A stretch of DNA of 64,000 nt from the NCBI RefSeq assembly GCF_001194135.2, contig NC_068983.1:142004186-142068185 (forward strand), in the 5' to 3' direction. The notes under the pieces are model-generated. The model was not told the origin of the DNA. It searched no databases and worked only from the letters and a program-made list of their open reading frames with translations. The translations under genes were made by a program, and so were the position numbers. Shown here piece after piece: positions 49,723-63,190 of the stretch. Numbering within the stretch: position 1 is the stretch's first letter; each line of letters opens with the position of its first letter. The stretch comes from Octopus bimaculoides. Its lineage: Eukaryota.

Positions 49723-51332
49723 GTAAGAATAGATTGATTTTGGTTTAGTTGTAATAATTGACACAATAAACTTTAAAACAAAATCAAGAAAGAATAACCC
49801 TAATAAAAGTATATAAAAGAAAGAAATCAGATATGAGTCTGAATTTTTCTACAGGAGCAGATATTTTACAGTATTATATACTGCAAAAGATCTGATTCTG
49901 TAGAAAAATTCAGACTATCAATTTCAGCATTCATGTCCAAAAATGTGATTGTTGGTTCAACCAATAGATTATGTTAAACAAGGATTATTTTATATGATTA
50001 TAGCTTTATTCAGGAATTAGTACATCTTTGTCAATGGATCAATAAGCCCCTTTTATATGAGAGACTCAATTCAACTGAAAGATAATAGTTAGAAGAAACT
50101 CTTGAGAACTGTAAGAAAATTGTTTTAGATTTATCTTCAGAATATAAGTGTTCCAATAGCATAGGGGTTCCCACTAAGAGCTGGGGTATGAGATAGCATA
50201 TCAGGAGTGCAACAAAGTGGTAAAGTATATATTTTACTAAAGTCATTTTTCAGAATGAAATTGGTAACTAACTCTTAAAAATAACTATTCTTCTATGCAC
50301 CCCAAAAGCTTTGTTATTCTATATATGTAGATTTAACCATTAATAGATTATTATCTAAAAGTGTGTCCTCATTGTATTCGTAATGACAGATTTGTGAAGT
50401 GGTTGACATTAGAAAGGTCATCCAACCTCAAAAACCATGCCAAAGCAGATATCAGAGCTTGGCACAATCTTTTGACTTCTCAGTTCTGTCAAACAGTCCA
50501 ACCCATACCAGTATGGAAAATAAACGTTAAAGGATGATGATGATACTTGTATAATTCTGGTTTCAGTATTTTTATCAACAAGATAAAATCTAGGAATCAC
50601 CTGAATTCCTTGGAAGATCGGCTAACTGCAATCAGCAAGGAAGTTCCATGTTTTGATAAAGTCTTGAATGAAAATCAGAAACAAAATCACTGATTTCTTT
50701 CATTCATAACATTGAGTGATTTAATAATTTATAGTTGTTTCTGTTCAATTTACATTAGCATTTTATGCACTGAGTCTGAAGCAGTTAATCTTTTAGTTCA
50801 GTATGTTCACCCACAGTTCTCTGTGGGTGGTTTAATTTAAAAAAAAAAATTAAATTTGGCATTAGAAAAGTGATATTTTTGTTTTGAAATGCAATATTAC
50901 TTTTGTAAGGGTGCAAAAATTAATCAAACATTACATAAAGATGCAGACAATAGGAAAAGTTGGCTACTGCTGCTATAAACCAACAACCTCTTTATATTCA
51001 GCCAAACCAAAAACTGGGTGGAAAGAAAAGATGATTCTTTGATGTCTATAATGATGGAAAAGTAGATGTTAGGTAGTGCACCTGAACACTGTATCCAATA
51101 GACTCATCATATTATTATTAATGCACCATGCTGGCAGAGTTGTTAGCATGCCAGGCAAAATACTTAGCGATACTTCATCTGCCACTACATTCTGAGTTCA
51201 AATTCTGCTGATGAAACTTTGCTTTTCATCCTTTCAGGGTCATTAAATTAAGTACCAGTGAAATTCTGGGATCGATGTAATCAACTAGTCCCCTACCCAA
51301 AAACTTCAGGCCTTGTACCTATAATAGAAAGG

Positions 51333-51351
51333 ATTATTATTATTATTGTTG

Positions 51352-51423
<72 letters not shown>
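51333..51423. repeat. (TTA)n microsatellite grown from the tail of a family B SINE
   Basis: Starts directly at the SINE 3' end (AGAAAGG-ATTATT...). Confidence 0.95.
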
Positions 51424-51427
<4 letters not shown>

Positions 51428-51931
51428 ACTGTTAAAAATATCTGATTTCTGAAAATGGCAGGTCTTTAGGGTAAATATTTATTTTAAAGAAATTTTTTTT
51501 AAGAGAACAGTACATAATGATATATTTTCCATTTTCTGGTGAATAAATGCTAAATTCTAGAACTTTTCAAGCAGTCCTTACTTGTATTATATGCATTTAA
51601 AGAATGCTGGAAGGATTTATTGTGCTACTTTAACAAATCCAAATGCTTGCTATTATAAGTTTGAACTTGTGTTTTGAGCTTTTTGTATTGCTAAAAAAAA
51701 AATAGAATGGATCAAGCTATTTTTTAAATGCATTTTTATATAATTTACACATTTTTTGCTTTAAAATATATTTATATATATTTGATGAATGTGATATTCA
51801 AATTTAAATAACTTTGATTGTTCATGTAGCAATTAGTTCTTGTTCTTTATGTAGTGAAAAGTGTCAGAATAGTTTGACTATAGAAGAATTGTTAGAAGGT
51901 ACCTATTTCAGTATTTAATCTTCTATTTCAG

Positions 51932-52059
51932 AGTGTAACCATTAGTGAGGTATCATTTCCTGCCTTGTTAATGTTAATTCTGGGTTTAATGCACTCTCAA
52001 ACAGTCTTAGCTCACTTTTCTCATAAACCTACCAGCAGAGATGGCTTGCTTTTACAAAG
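51932..52059 (+). CDS. Phtf: PHTF homolog, coding exon 6 (SVTISEVSFPALLMLILGLMHSQTVLAHFSHKPTSRDGLLLQR)
   Basis: TTTCAG acceptor, AAG|GTATGA donor, 128 nt, phase 0/2. Matches [22 protein letters not shown]. Confidence 0.92.
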
Positions 52060-52744
52060 GTATGATTTAACTAGCTTCTTTTTCTTCCTTTGTTTTTTCT
52101 GTTCTATGTGTTTCTGTGAGGACTCAGTAGCTGATATAGCTGCAGAATAATTATTCAGTTGTTGATGCATAGCTCTGGTCATCCTTCATCAACCTATGGC
52201 CTGTAGGTAGCGTTTTAACAACTGGGTATAGTCTTCAGAGTCAAGTACTGCAGGTACACTATATCTTCGGTTGATCAACGACCTTACTACACACACTCTC
52301 AAAATGTAGTAAGTTACTGGAAAGAGTACAGTAAGTCAATTAGTCACATATTATGTTCCTTTATGCCTGTTGTTAAGCTCTTGAGCAGCCTTAATCAAGC
52401 AGACCTGTGATCAATGATGTATCAGCTGCAACCATTCCATCTTCTTTTTTCCGGTCATAGTGTATCTATCTGCATTCATTCCTTCCTTTAAGATAATAGA
52501 GAGTGTGAGTTGAGGGAGATTTGACTGATATTTTTTGCAAATCAAGTGACCATGTGGTTATCACAAGCCCAGGCTATAGGGACTTGTGATAATTGCTGCT
52601 CTTTTTCACTTATTTCTAAAGGTGTGAATTCCAACAATGTTATTGTGTATTTTCATCATCTGGAATTTCTTTCATATTTGCACTTGTTATTGGTTTGAAT
52701 TGTCAAGTTCAATTTGGTCTATTTTTGCTTCTATTCTAATATAG

Positions 52745-53693
52745 AGAGAGCAGTAAAAGCTGTCGGAAGAGATCCAGTAAGATTGTTCCAGAAAGGAAAC
52801 CCAGCTTTGAAACCACCCACAAATTATCCTATAGCAAAAAATGTGATGGTAGAAAACGGAGGGAATATAATTTGAATTCAAGGAAAAACTCCAACAGCCG
52901 GTGGAATAGTCATAGTCAACCAGATGCTGATAGTAATTCTGCTTCTGATGAAGATAAAGAGTGCATGAACCTTAGATTAAGCCAGTGCAGCAGCAGTAGT
53001 AGCAGCTGTAAAAGTGAACCTGTCACACATTCTGATTGTCTGCTTCCTAATATCTTAACGAATGACCCTTATGCTAACAAAAATTCCAACAACAAAGTCC
53101 TCTCACAGAGGAATGTTGAGGCAGTCAACCGGACTTATGTGGTACTTGGTAACTGTATCTACAGTCGCAAACTGGAAGATGTCAACATACAACAGACCAA
53201 GGTTGAAAGCCTATCTGCAATTGATACTGATGGCACCTGTAAAAACAATTCTAGAATGAACAATACTCCCAAAGTAGTGTTTCAACTGAACAAGAACAGA
53301 CAATTGCATCGTAGCCGGAGTTTGGATGACTTGCACTCTTCCTCTGATATCATGGATCTCATGAAATCTGAACCAAGTCATAATAAAAAAAGCAACCAAC
53401 CTGATGACCATGAGCTGACGTCACGTAAATGTTCTCTCAAGGATAAAATGCAGTGGTCTCTGTATCATTCTGAAGAAGACTATACTCTTTCATCTAAAAT
53501 TGCAGGAGATAATATTCAAGAATGGAAAGGTTGTTTAGAAAATGGTGGACTTAGACAGCGCCATGGCAAAAGTAAGCGCAAAAGTCACACAAGGAATGTG
53601 AGTCCTCTTTCCTATGCCACACCCCTACTTAAGTCTAGCCTGCCCCCAAGTTCATCTGATGGAGAAACTGTTGAAACACTAGGATATAGAAAG
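52745..53693 (+). CDS. Phtf: PHTF homolog, coding exon 7 (949 nt, Ser/Asn/Lys-rich low-complexity middle region)
   Basis: Acceptor TTCTAATATAG at 52744 gives the phase 2 needed after exon 6. The frame is open to donor AAG|GTAAGA at 53693/53694. This is the longest real ORF in the window. Confidence 0.88.
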
Positions 53694-56600
53694 GTAAGAA
53701 AATATCCCATTGAAGTATGCATGAGTATGTGTGATATTTTATAAACATTTAGAAAGGTTTTAGTTGTACCATTTGTAAGTGCAAGTCTATATGTCTGTAT
53801 GTGTGTTAATGAGACCCTGTTTTTGTGGACCCTGTATTTGTGTTGTTATTGTTTAACTGTAGATCAGCTCTAATTAATCTGGCTGGTCATCAGCTGTGAC
53901 TACAATCCCATTTTATAAGTGTATAAACAACTACATTTTCTTATTTTCCTTATTTCTTTTTTAAGATGATAGAGTTTGATTTGATGGAGAGCACCTTTGT
54001 AGAGAACCTCTCCATGTTACCTGTGATTCTACATTCATTTATTTGGATAAGATTGCATGCATGTATTTAAGGTGTAGAATGGTTCTAAGTTGAATTTCAT
54101 TAGAATCAATTTTTAAACGCAAAATTAAGCACAGGTAGGGTTGTTTGGTTAAGAAATTTTGCTTTGGAATCACATGGTTTGGAGTTCATTTCTACTGTGT
54201 AGATGTTTTTGATTAATATCCTTTGCTCCAGCTGTGGGTTGCCCAATACCTTGTGAGTGAAATTTGGAAGATGGAAGTCAAATTATTTATTGGTCAATAG
54301 ACTAGGGAAAATATTACTTTTCTTGAAAGCATGTGAAGGCTGGTGACAGGAGAAGCATCCAGCTGTAAAAAGTTTTGCTTCAACTAAACCTCAACTGACC
54401 ATTCAAACATGGAGTAGATGTTAAAACATGCACGCACACACACATGCACATACACACACATACAAACAAGCATATAATATAGGCTTCAGTACAGTTTTCA
54501 TGAATCAAATTTCACTTACAAGTTATTGATTGACCAGAAGCTGTAGCAGAAGACACTTAAATAATTTGCCGTATATTGGGATGGTATCTGAAACCATAGG
54601 GTTGCAAAGTGAACATCTTAACCATATAGCCATACCTGCAGCTACAAAGCTATGCTAATACATGTGCTACATACTCTAATGTGTCTTACTTGAGAACTGA
54701 AGTAAGATAGGTTGGGTATGGTATTTATTACATCCATTCTTAAAAGATTACAAAAGGTGCAGTACTTTACTGTCAAGGACTTTCAGAGGGAAGATATAGG
54801 TTTCTTATTGCATTCTGTAGGACTGTGGCTGGGTTTCAAAATAACAAGATGCTTATCAATTATTGAGTAGGCCTTATGAACTGTGGCTCCCCATAGTTTT
54901 TTTTTCCGTATATTTACAAGCTGGACATAAACATTGCACTTTGCCAGTAATAAAACATTTACATATCTCTATTTTAGCTAGTAAACTGACACCTTACTGT
55001 CAGAGGTGGTCGTGACTTTCAGTAAATCAATAAGACTTGAAAATGATATATACTAGACATATATGAAACTGAAGCTTATCTGTGAAAGCATGAACAAAAT
55101 TGTGGGCAGGATATTGTTAGAAATACCAGAAATAATAATAAATATTCCAGCTTTGGTGGAAATATTTGTGAGGTTAATATAATTTATAAGTTTTAGTGTT
55201 CAAACAGAAAACCTTATTTTCAGTTCAGTGGGCTTTTATTAGAGTGGAGAAAGGTACAGAGAAATGGGATACATATTTGCAAGATATATACCTCCATAGA
55301 ACTTGATGTTTTTACACTTTTGTTCTTCTTACACTCAGTGAGATATTTCCTGTAGTATGGCCAACTGATTTTCCAATAAAATTCTTTCTGTAAGAATTGT
55401 TGCTTGCTTGATTTTGAAAGTGTTGAAGGTCTTGCAATGCCTGTCTGTGAGTCATACTCTGTATTCTTGTTCAGGATATTCCTTAATGATCTATGAAGGA
55501 AATAACTATACATTAACTTATCTCACATTTCACTGGAGTTACCTGTTCTGCAGACAAAGATCAGAGAATCCAACACTCAAACAATAACATAATATTAGAA
55601 ATAGACTCAGACTCACCCAAGATCTGTTTTCTTAGACTGCTGAACGTCTCCAGATTTTTCATTACAGGCTGAGCTACATGCAGATTTCCCTGCCCCACCC
55701 CCTGCAAATAAAAATATATATTTTCCCTTGTGTACCCACATTGTCATGTTCTCAACAGGACTAAATGGTCCTCTCAACCCATGTTGTCTCTGCTTATTTG
55801 CTCGTTACGTTACAGAATGTGCTGGGTGCATTTTTAAAGATACCAGCAGCTGTAAGCTTGCTTTGTATCTTGTAAGATTAACAAGTCCTCACTGCTCTAT
55901 CATATGTTTGTCCATGATGTGTTACACTTCATTGAAAATCTGAATCTCAACTTGAGTTCCCGAAAGAGTTGGAGTCCTTGATATTTGTTAAATTTATTAA
56001 TTGGGTAACACAAAGCAGATACATACAATGCATTTCCGTGTCTCTTTCAACTCCAGCAAGGAGCTTTTTGTCTAAAGATTTAACCATGAAAACATTAACA
56101 AACAATACATATGCAATTATATTGATGTAACAAGATTAACAGTTACTATTTCAACTGTTTCTTTATAATCTATTCTATATAATGTACACTGCACACCAAT
56201 ACATCATAAAACTGATTAATGAAATTATTTAACAACAGTTTTTTTTTTTTGTCGTGGAGTATTTTTTTTGCTTGCTTTCTTTTTATTTTTACAATAATTC
56301 AAGATTAAACTTTATGAATATTTCTTATCATTTCTACATATTTCTTAGAATTGATTGTTACTTGTAAAATAAAATAGATTTGCCTGTTGCTAATATAGTT
56401 TTATTGGGTAGAGATAGATAAAATATTAACAGCTGTGTGATACTGTAATATTTTTTTATTGTGTATGTGTGAGTTTAATATAGTGTAGCATGAAAATGTG
56501 TATTGTTAGTGTTTGGAGTGAGATTTCCAATACTTCTTTTACTCAAGTTGGTGTTAGTTTATGTCTGAAGACCACATTTATTTGAATATTCTTACATTTT

Positions 56601-57062
56601 TATACTAACTGTTTAGATGGTTCTATTCGCAATAACTTCATATTAATGTTTGGTAGTGCTTGGAGATAGGGACATTACCTGGAAACAAAATAGCTATCTT
56701 CACTTACCTTAGTTTTACTAGCTAAAAATCAGTAACATAATTAACAATTTGTCTAGGAAGTTAAACTCTGAATGATTTGTGCTCTGTTGAGATCCTAATA
56801 ATTAATAAACATAAACAAAACCACTTTTCAGTTCCTCAGAGTGGTAGTAGAGAGTTATCAAATGTTAGACTTACTCACTAGTTCAAGTTAAACATCACTC
56901 AAACTGTAGCTGCAGTGTTTGAATGAGAGAGAGAGGGGGGGGAGTGAGAGAGAACTGGACTTGTTTGGTTATATTATATAATGTGTAAGTGCTTCAACAA
57001 TACTGGTGTTTTGTTTTCAACCCGAGTGCTGCCTTATTCATGTATGGTTTCTTATGTTGCAG

Positions 57063-57242
57063 CCTATGCTCAGCTCTGAGGAGTGGGATGATCGAATGCA
57101 CTCTGACATTGTGACATCCAGCTTTGAGACCAGTAGCTGTACATCAGAAGCTGAACTTTCCAAATCACATGGCCAGTCCGATGAATTCCAGATTCCTGAC
57201 TGGAATGTCAATAACCTGAATGTCATAAATCTTCTACAATCA
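57063..57242 (+). CDS. Phtf: PHTF homolog, coding exon 8 (PMLSSEEWDDRMHSDIVTSSFETSSCTSEAE...NVINLLQS)
   Basis: TTGCAG acceptor, TCA|GTATGA donor, 180 nt, phase 0/0. WDD...SS.TS.E resembles PHTF1 LWDDLL...SSVTSDSE. Confidence 0.85.
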
Positions 57243-57854
57243 GTATGAGTTAACGAACTTAATTCATTTTCATTCATCTCTCACATCACTTTTCCATGCT
57301 TTATCTAATTAAATAACTTTACGTTTTCCCTTTCATGTGAAATCTGCATAACACTATTTTTCATTTACTAATTATTAACACTAATGCATCTTCCCACTTG
57401 TTTTGCTCTCTCTCTCTTTCTCTCTCTCCCTCTCTCTTTTTCTCCTTCTCGCTAGCTGTTTGCCTAACCTATCAATCTATCTATATCTTTATGTAATATA
57501 TATATATATATATATAGGATGATTGAAAAGTTCATTTAGTGTTAACTGGCCAACAACTGAGGTCAGCTGAGTTTGTTAATGTGTGTTCTTATCTTCCCAT
57601 TTCTATTTCTCTCCCTCCTGCCTCACCAGAACCTTCACCCACCTCTCTACCCCATTCATTAAACCCTCCTGACCCCAGTTTGCTTGTTGACTGTTATGGC
57701 CCAAGGATTTCAGCATAGCTGGTCTAGGCCTTACCATTCATACTGCCAGCATACCTGAACAGTTGAACTAGGTATATCCAGACAATTGAACAGGATTTAT
57801 ATTGTGCCATTCTTAAGATTATGAAAATTCTCATATCTTGACAATGAAAATTTA

Positions 57855-58336
57855 TATCTCACCGAGGCGATGACTACTGACCGAGACCTTTGGAAATGTG
57901 CTGTGCGTGAGAAGACCCGGCAAGCCAAGTAAGATCGTTGCCAGTGCCCCTGGACTGGCTCTTGTGCGGGTGGCACATAGGATGCACCATTTTGAGCGTG
58001 GCCGTTGCCGTTGCCAGTACCGCCTGACTGGCTTCTGTAGGATTTTCGAGCGAGATTGTTGCCAGTGCCCCTGGACTGGCTTGTGCGCGTGGCACATAAA
58101 AGACACCATTTTGAGCGTGGCCATTGCCAGTATCGCCTGACTGGCCTTCATGCAGGTGACACATAAAAGCACCTACTACACTCTCTGAGTGGTTGGCGTT
58201 AGGAAGGGCATCCAGCTGTAGAAACTCTGCCAAATTTAGATTGGAGCCTGGTGTTGCCATCCGGTTTCACCAGTCCTCAGTCAAGTCGTCCAACCCATGC
58301 TAGCATGGAAAGCGGACGTTAAACGATGATGATGAT
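57855..58336 (+). mobile_element. RTE LINE 3' end (family A), intronic
   Basis: Several tandem ~60-70 nt units, then the terminal region and a (GAT)4 tail. Confidence 0.88.
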
Positions 58337-61300
58337 CATCATACTTGATTTCAGATATTTATCATTCAATTGCCTTATAAATATTGTAAATGCTGTCTCT
58401 ATAACAGGCTGCAATTTTGTTTCATTTCTTATCTCTCAATTAAGGTGATGAAATGGCAGAATCATTAGCACACTGAGCAAAATACTTTACATTCTATGTT
58501 CAAATTCTGCTGAAGTCAACTTTGCCTTTCATCCTTTCAGAGTCAATGAAATAAGTACCAGTTATTTGCTGGGGTTGATGTAATCGACTAGCTTCCACTC
58601 CAAAATTTCAGGCCTTGTGCGTTTAGTAGAAAGGCTTGTTTATCTGTTAATTGTCTTATGAGTGATATATATGTTGTGTGGATGATAGCTTGCCTTTGAT
58701 TTTATTCAACAATTAAACTTTTACATATGCAGACTGTAGTAGAATAGTATTATGCTATAGAATAATATCACTGAATACTTACCAAAGGTACTTATTCAGT
58801 GATATAAGCAATAATATCCCGAATAGTTGTCATGTTTTTGTTACCTTATACAGTTGCATTCCTTCCTCAGGAAAATCTTGGTATAATCTGGCATCATATT
58901 CAGTTGCTTTTAGCTTAGCATCACAGAATTTGGTAATATGTGTTTAAAGGCTGCCTTTGATATATATTAGAATTCACTATTTCAACTGATGAATCCGAAT
59001 AGAGGATTGTGTCCTTTTGTTTAGTTGTACTCTTTTTTTTTATAAGTTGAAAAAAAATGTTAAATCTTTCATCACTTCAGAAATCTGTAGCCAATTAGTC
59101 TAATCATCTACTCATAACTAGAAATTTTGTAAATATATTTACCAAATCTTAATTTATTATAGAGACATTCCTATTAGCAACTGTTGTCTTTAACAAAAAT
59201 ATGCAGAGAAAAGAATAAAAGTTTTCTTTCTTTTCTATTAAGATCTAGTTGTGTTGGCTTTTATCTTGAAACTCCATTTAGAACCACTCATGAGAGTTGA
59301 GTCATTGAATGATCCTCTATATTGTTTCTTAACATGCTAAAAATTGCAGCCGAATCTCCTTCAAATCATACCTCATCATCTTGAAAAGAAAATTATAATG
59401 TTCTAGATACACTATTCATGAAAAAATGGAAATCTGAGTATGTTTTCATCCTTTAGTATTTAAACTGGTCATATTCTGCCCAAAAATTCTGTCAGTTTTA
59501 TGTTAAAACTAGTCAGATCTGACCTCTCACACCTATTCTACAATGTCTTTCTAAAAATAAACAATCACATCTTAAAAATTTCGAAGCTACAAAATAGTGC
59601 CGGATTAATGTCAGTAAATAAGCATTACATTTGACAATAATCTGGATACTAAAGGGTTGATCAGAGCTAACTCTGACTAAACGGTAACAGAAACTCTTGG
59701 TAAGTAAGATAAATAAGTAAAGTACCATTTGCTATTATTTTCAGCTCATCATCACTGAGACAAGAAGACAGTGGTAGGGCTTCAATCAATTTTTAACTTG
59801 CTTGATTGCAGTTATCAAATTGTGTTTAAATTGTATCTGAACAGAGTAAGATCGAATCATGTTTGTTCTTCATCTGCTTCAAACAGAAGATACGAGATTG
59901 CTAATGGGAATTGCGATCAGTCTGGGACAGTTTTGCAGTTTGACACCCAAATCTAACCATGAAGATATTGTGTGACAACTGTCTAATTACAATCTTCTCT
60001 TAAGAAACTAAATCTTACACAAACTGAACCAAGCCATTAGTATTGTTTATGTTTAATGCAGTAGAAGTTTCAGATACAGATAGTAATTTTGAAAAGAATC
60101 TGTTAAAGCATCAATAAGGTTTACTCTAAAAGATAAATTAGTTTATGTTGATATGATTCTCTATCCAGGAGTTATAATTGTATCAATTGCTTATATGTGA
60201 GACGATGCAAGCTACCAGTGTATGGGTTGTGAATTTAAATCAATCAGAGTTAGGCATTTGGAGAGAGACCTTAATTCCATGTGCTTCAGTTCCTTCAGAT
60301 CTTTTAGGACCGTCATCTGGGATACATATTGTCCATGAGATTTCTCTCTTGACTACTTAATGCAATGAAACTGGCATTCAGGGTTACTCCTATTGTTCTT
60401 GTTGTATCCCTCAGCTGAAAGCATAAAACCTTGAGTGTTCTCTCTCGAAGCCTGGTTCTATCACTCAAGAAGCTGGGTTGCTGTTACACCATCAAGAATA
60501 TGTATCTAATTGTGTGTGTGTGTATGTGTGGGATGATTTGGCTCATGGTGCTCTTGTTAACCCTTTGAGAATTTTGAGAACATAGAGCAAAGCTATGAGA
60601 GAGAGAGAGAGAGAGAGAGAGTTAGATGTGGGCATGTAACAGAAAGGGAATGTCTGAAGGCAGGTATAATATTGTTCTGATTGAATCTTGTATGAGGTCT
60701 TATAAAGTCAAATATACAAGAGTATATATTACATGGGTATAATGCCCTATGATAGAAAAGCTATAGGAAGAGCCTTAGAAATCTTATTAAAGGAGTTCCT
60801 ATTAATCTGGAAATGAAACCAGATCAGTAGAGTAGTTTATTAAGTATTTACTACCACATTAAATACATTGGATACTACTGTAAAACTAGAAATTTTCATT
60901 TAACCACTGTAGGGATATTGTAGGAGACTAGAGACAATATTTAGTGTCATCAATTGGCTCTAAAGCTTTTCAAGTGGATGAAATAAGTTTCAGCAGTATG
61001 TATTCTAGTACCGTATTGATCAACCATACCGTCTCCTACATAACTTGGTATAATGCCTGGTCTAAAGAAATTAATATTATTGATTTGGTATCTGATATAA
61101 TGTACGCTTGATTCACAACTATCCATAGAGTTTTATTGTCTGCATAAGCTTCAGTTAGAAAGGCAAATGTATTCTACTCTCAGAAGGATGTTCTTAAGAG
61201 TCACTAATTCACTTCAGTTCTATGGCATAAAAGAAATGATTGATAAATATATTTTGGCTAGAATGTCAGTCTAGTGAATATAACATTCCCAGGTAGTCTT

Positions 61301-61712
61301 TCTAGTATCTATTTCAACTGCTACATAGCAAAAAAAATTGCATTATTAGTCCAATACCGCATCTATACAGTCACCTTCCTCTCCTTTACTTCAATTTCAT
61401 AAAATGAAACAATTGGAGTAATGTCACATGCATAGACACGTGACATGACATGCAATGCTTGCCTCAGAATTCAAACTAATTTTCTTTGTAGTAGTAGAAC
61501 AGCAATTGAATCAGTTTTGTTGTAATGTACCACAAACAGGTGTGGAATCTAAGATTTGCCATCTGTTATGTTTGCTGGTAAATATTATGAATCAGTATTT
61601 CTCTCACTTCTCTCTTTGTCTACTCACACACATACAGAGCTACATATAGTAACAATTACTATATAGTCCATTTCTTTTCTGTCCTAAATTGTCTTCTGAT
61701 TTGTTTTTTCAG

Positions 61713-61764
61713 CCTGGTAACTTAGCTGCTGGCCATGGAAGTCATATACCACCTCCTGATAAAG
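61713..61764 (+). CDS. Phtf: PHTF homolog, coding exon 9 (PGNLAAGHGSHIPPPDK-V), GC donor; gene continues beyond the window
   Basis: TTTTTTCAG acceptor, AAG|GCAAGT donor, 52 nt, phase 0/1. PPPDK(V) aligns with the PHTF PSSDRV motif that precedes the conserved C-terminal domain. Confidence 0.72.
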
Positions 61765-63190
61765 GCAAGTTACTCTTGTATTTTATCAAACAGTACAAAT
61801 ACAACACATTGCACTCACACACACACACACACACATAATTATCATGCTGAGATGGTTTGGATGATATTTTATGATCCAAGTCAATTCTAATTGGATGCCA
61901 CTGCTCTTACAGATGAACTGGAGGAAGACATCTTGCTTGTATGTTTCATTTTTGTCTTGGTTTCTACAGCTAAATGCCTTTCCTATCACCGGCTACTTTA
62001 CAAAGTGTACTGGCCACCATGTGCAAAGTGTACTGGGAGTGATGTCAGAAGAACAGCCAGAATACTTTGAAAAAGGGAACAAAGGTATGATGGTAGAAAC
62101 AGAATGATGGGTTGAGAGAAAAAAAGGGAGTCATGGGTGATAGTAAAGATAGATAATGGTTAGAGTGAGTGATGAATGACAGTAACAAGTGCCCTTGGGA
62201 GAGTGAATGATGACCAGCAATACAGAAAAGGGTGAGGGTAGAGTGTGTTGGGTACAAACAGGTCCAATGAAGTCTCATATGTCAGTCATATGATGGGTAA
62301 GAGAGGTGGAGTTACAGTGATGATAGTAGGGGTATAGAATGGAGTTATGCCCATACCATCCTTTGTGAAATGGATGGCAAGATTGATAGGGAGATGAGAA
62401 GAAGTCAAAGATGTGGAAGGGCAACAAATGCAGACTTCACAGGATGTGTGTGTGTGTGTATTTTAATATTTTGTATTGGCATAACAAGATTGATAACCTG
62501 GCGTTGAACTCATTATACATATATGGTCCAGAATACAATGTTAGGTTATCTTGTACAATACATCTGACTCCTCTTGTACCCGTTTTTTCTCTCAGCCCAT
62601 TGGTACTCCAGTGCTAACATGACGTATTCAGTGAAGTTGTTTGCTTCGTTTCTTTCTAGCTTCTGTAAGTTCTCTACATTGATAATCATTTCTCACTATC
62701 ATGCAGCTTTGTAGTTTCAATACAAGCATCACTCAGTCTACTTTTCACTCTGGGAGAGAACTCTCTTGCCAGCACAAGTAATATCCCCCCTTGGACTTTT
62801 TTTTTGCAATCCTTTTTCATTCTGGTTCCTGTACTTTTGAAACAACACTTTTGTTGACTATGTCACATAGATAACAGAAGCTATCGACCAACTCTAGAGA
62901 GCCCTGTGCTCTTAGTACTTATTGCCTTCATTGCATCTGTTACCTACTAAGTTTACCTTCTGTATTAATCTACTGGTAATCCCTCTATACTTCTTGTGTA
63001 TCGTAATTTACAGTGACAGCAATATATGTAATATTTACTTATTTCTTTTCTGTATATAAGCAAAACTATTTTTCTGATGGTAACTAGTTCCTGTCTTCTT
63101 CCCTACTTTCTAATACTTTAGACTTTGTTTACTTCAATACCTTTGATTCTAGGTCTTGTTTACATGCCTGCTATTTCAGTTTTAATTCTA

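Noticed and set aside
52622-52744. Upstream acceptor TTTCTAAAG at 52621 for Phtf exon 7
   Set aside because: In-frame TAA at 52737.
52872-53744. Stand-alone 290 aa gene starting at TTG 52872
   Set aside because: The frame opens earlier, at acceptor 52744, and has a strong donor at 53694. It is an internal Phtf exon, and the last 16 residues are intron read-through.
57900-58175. CRISPR-like repeat array
   Set aside because: The units are contiguous tandem repeats in a LINE 3' UTR with no unique spacers, the context is eukaryotic, and there are no cas genes.
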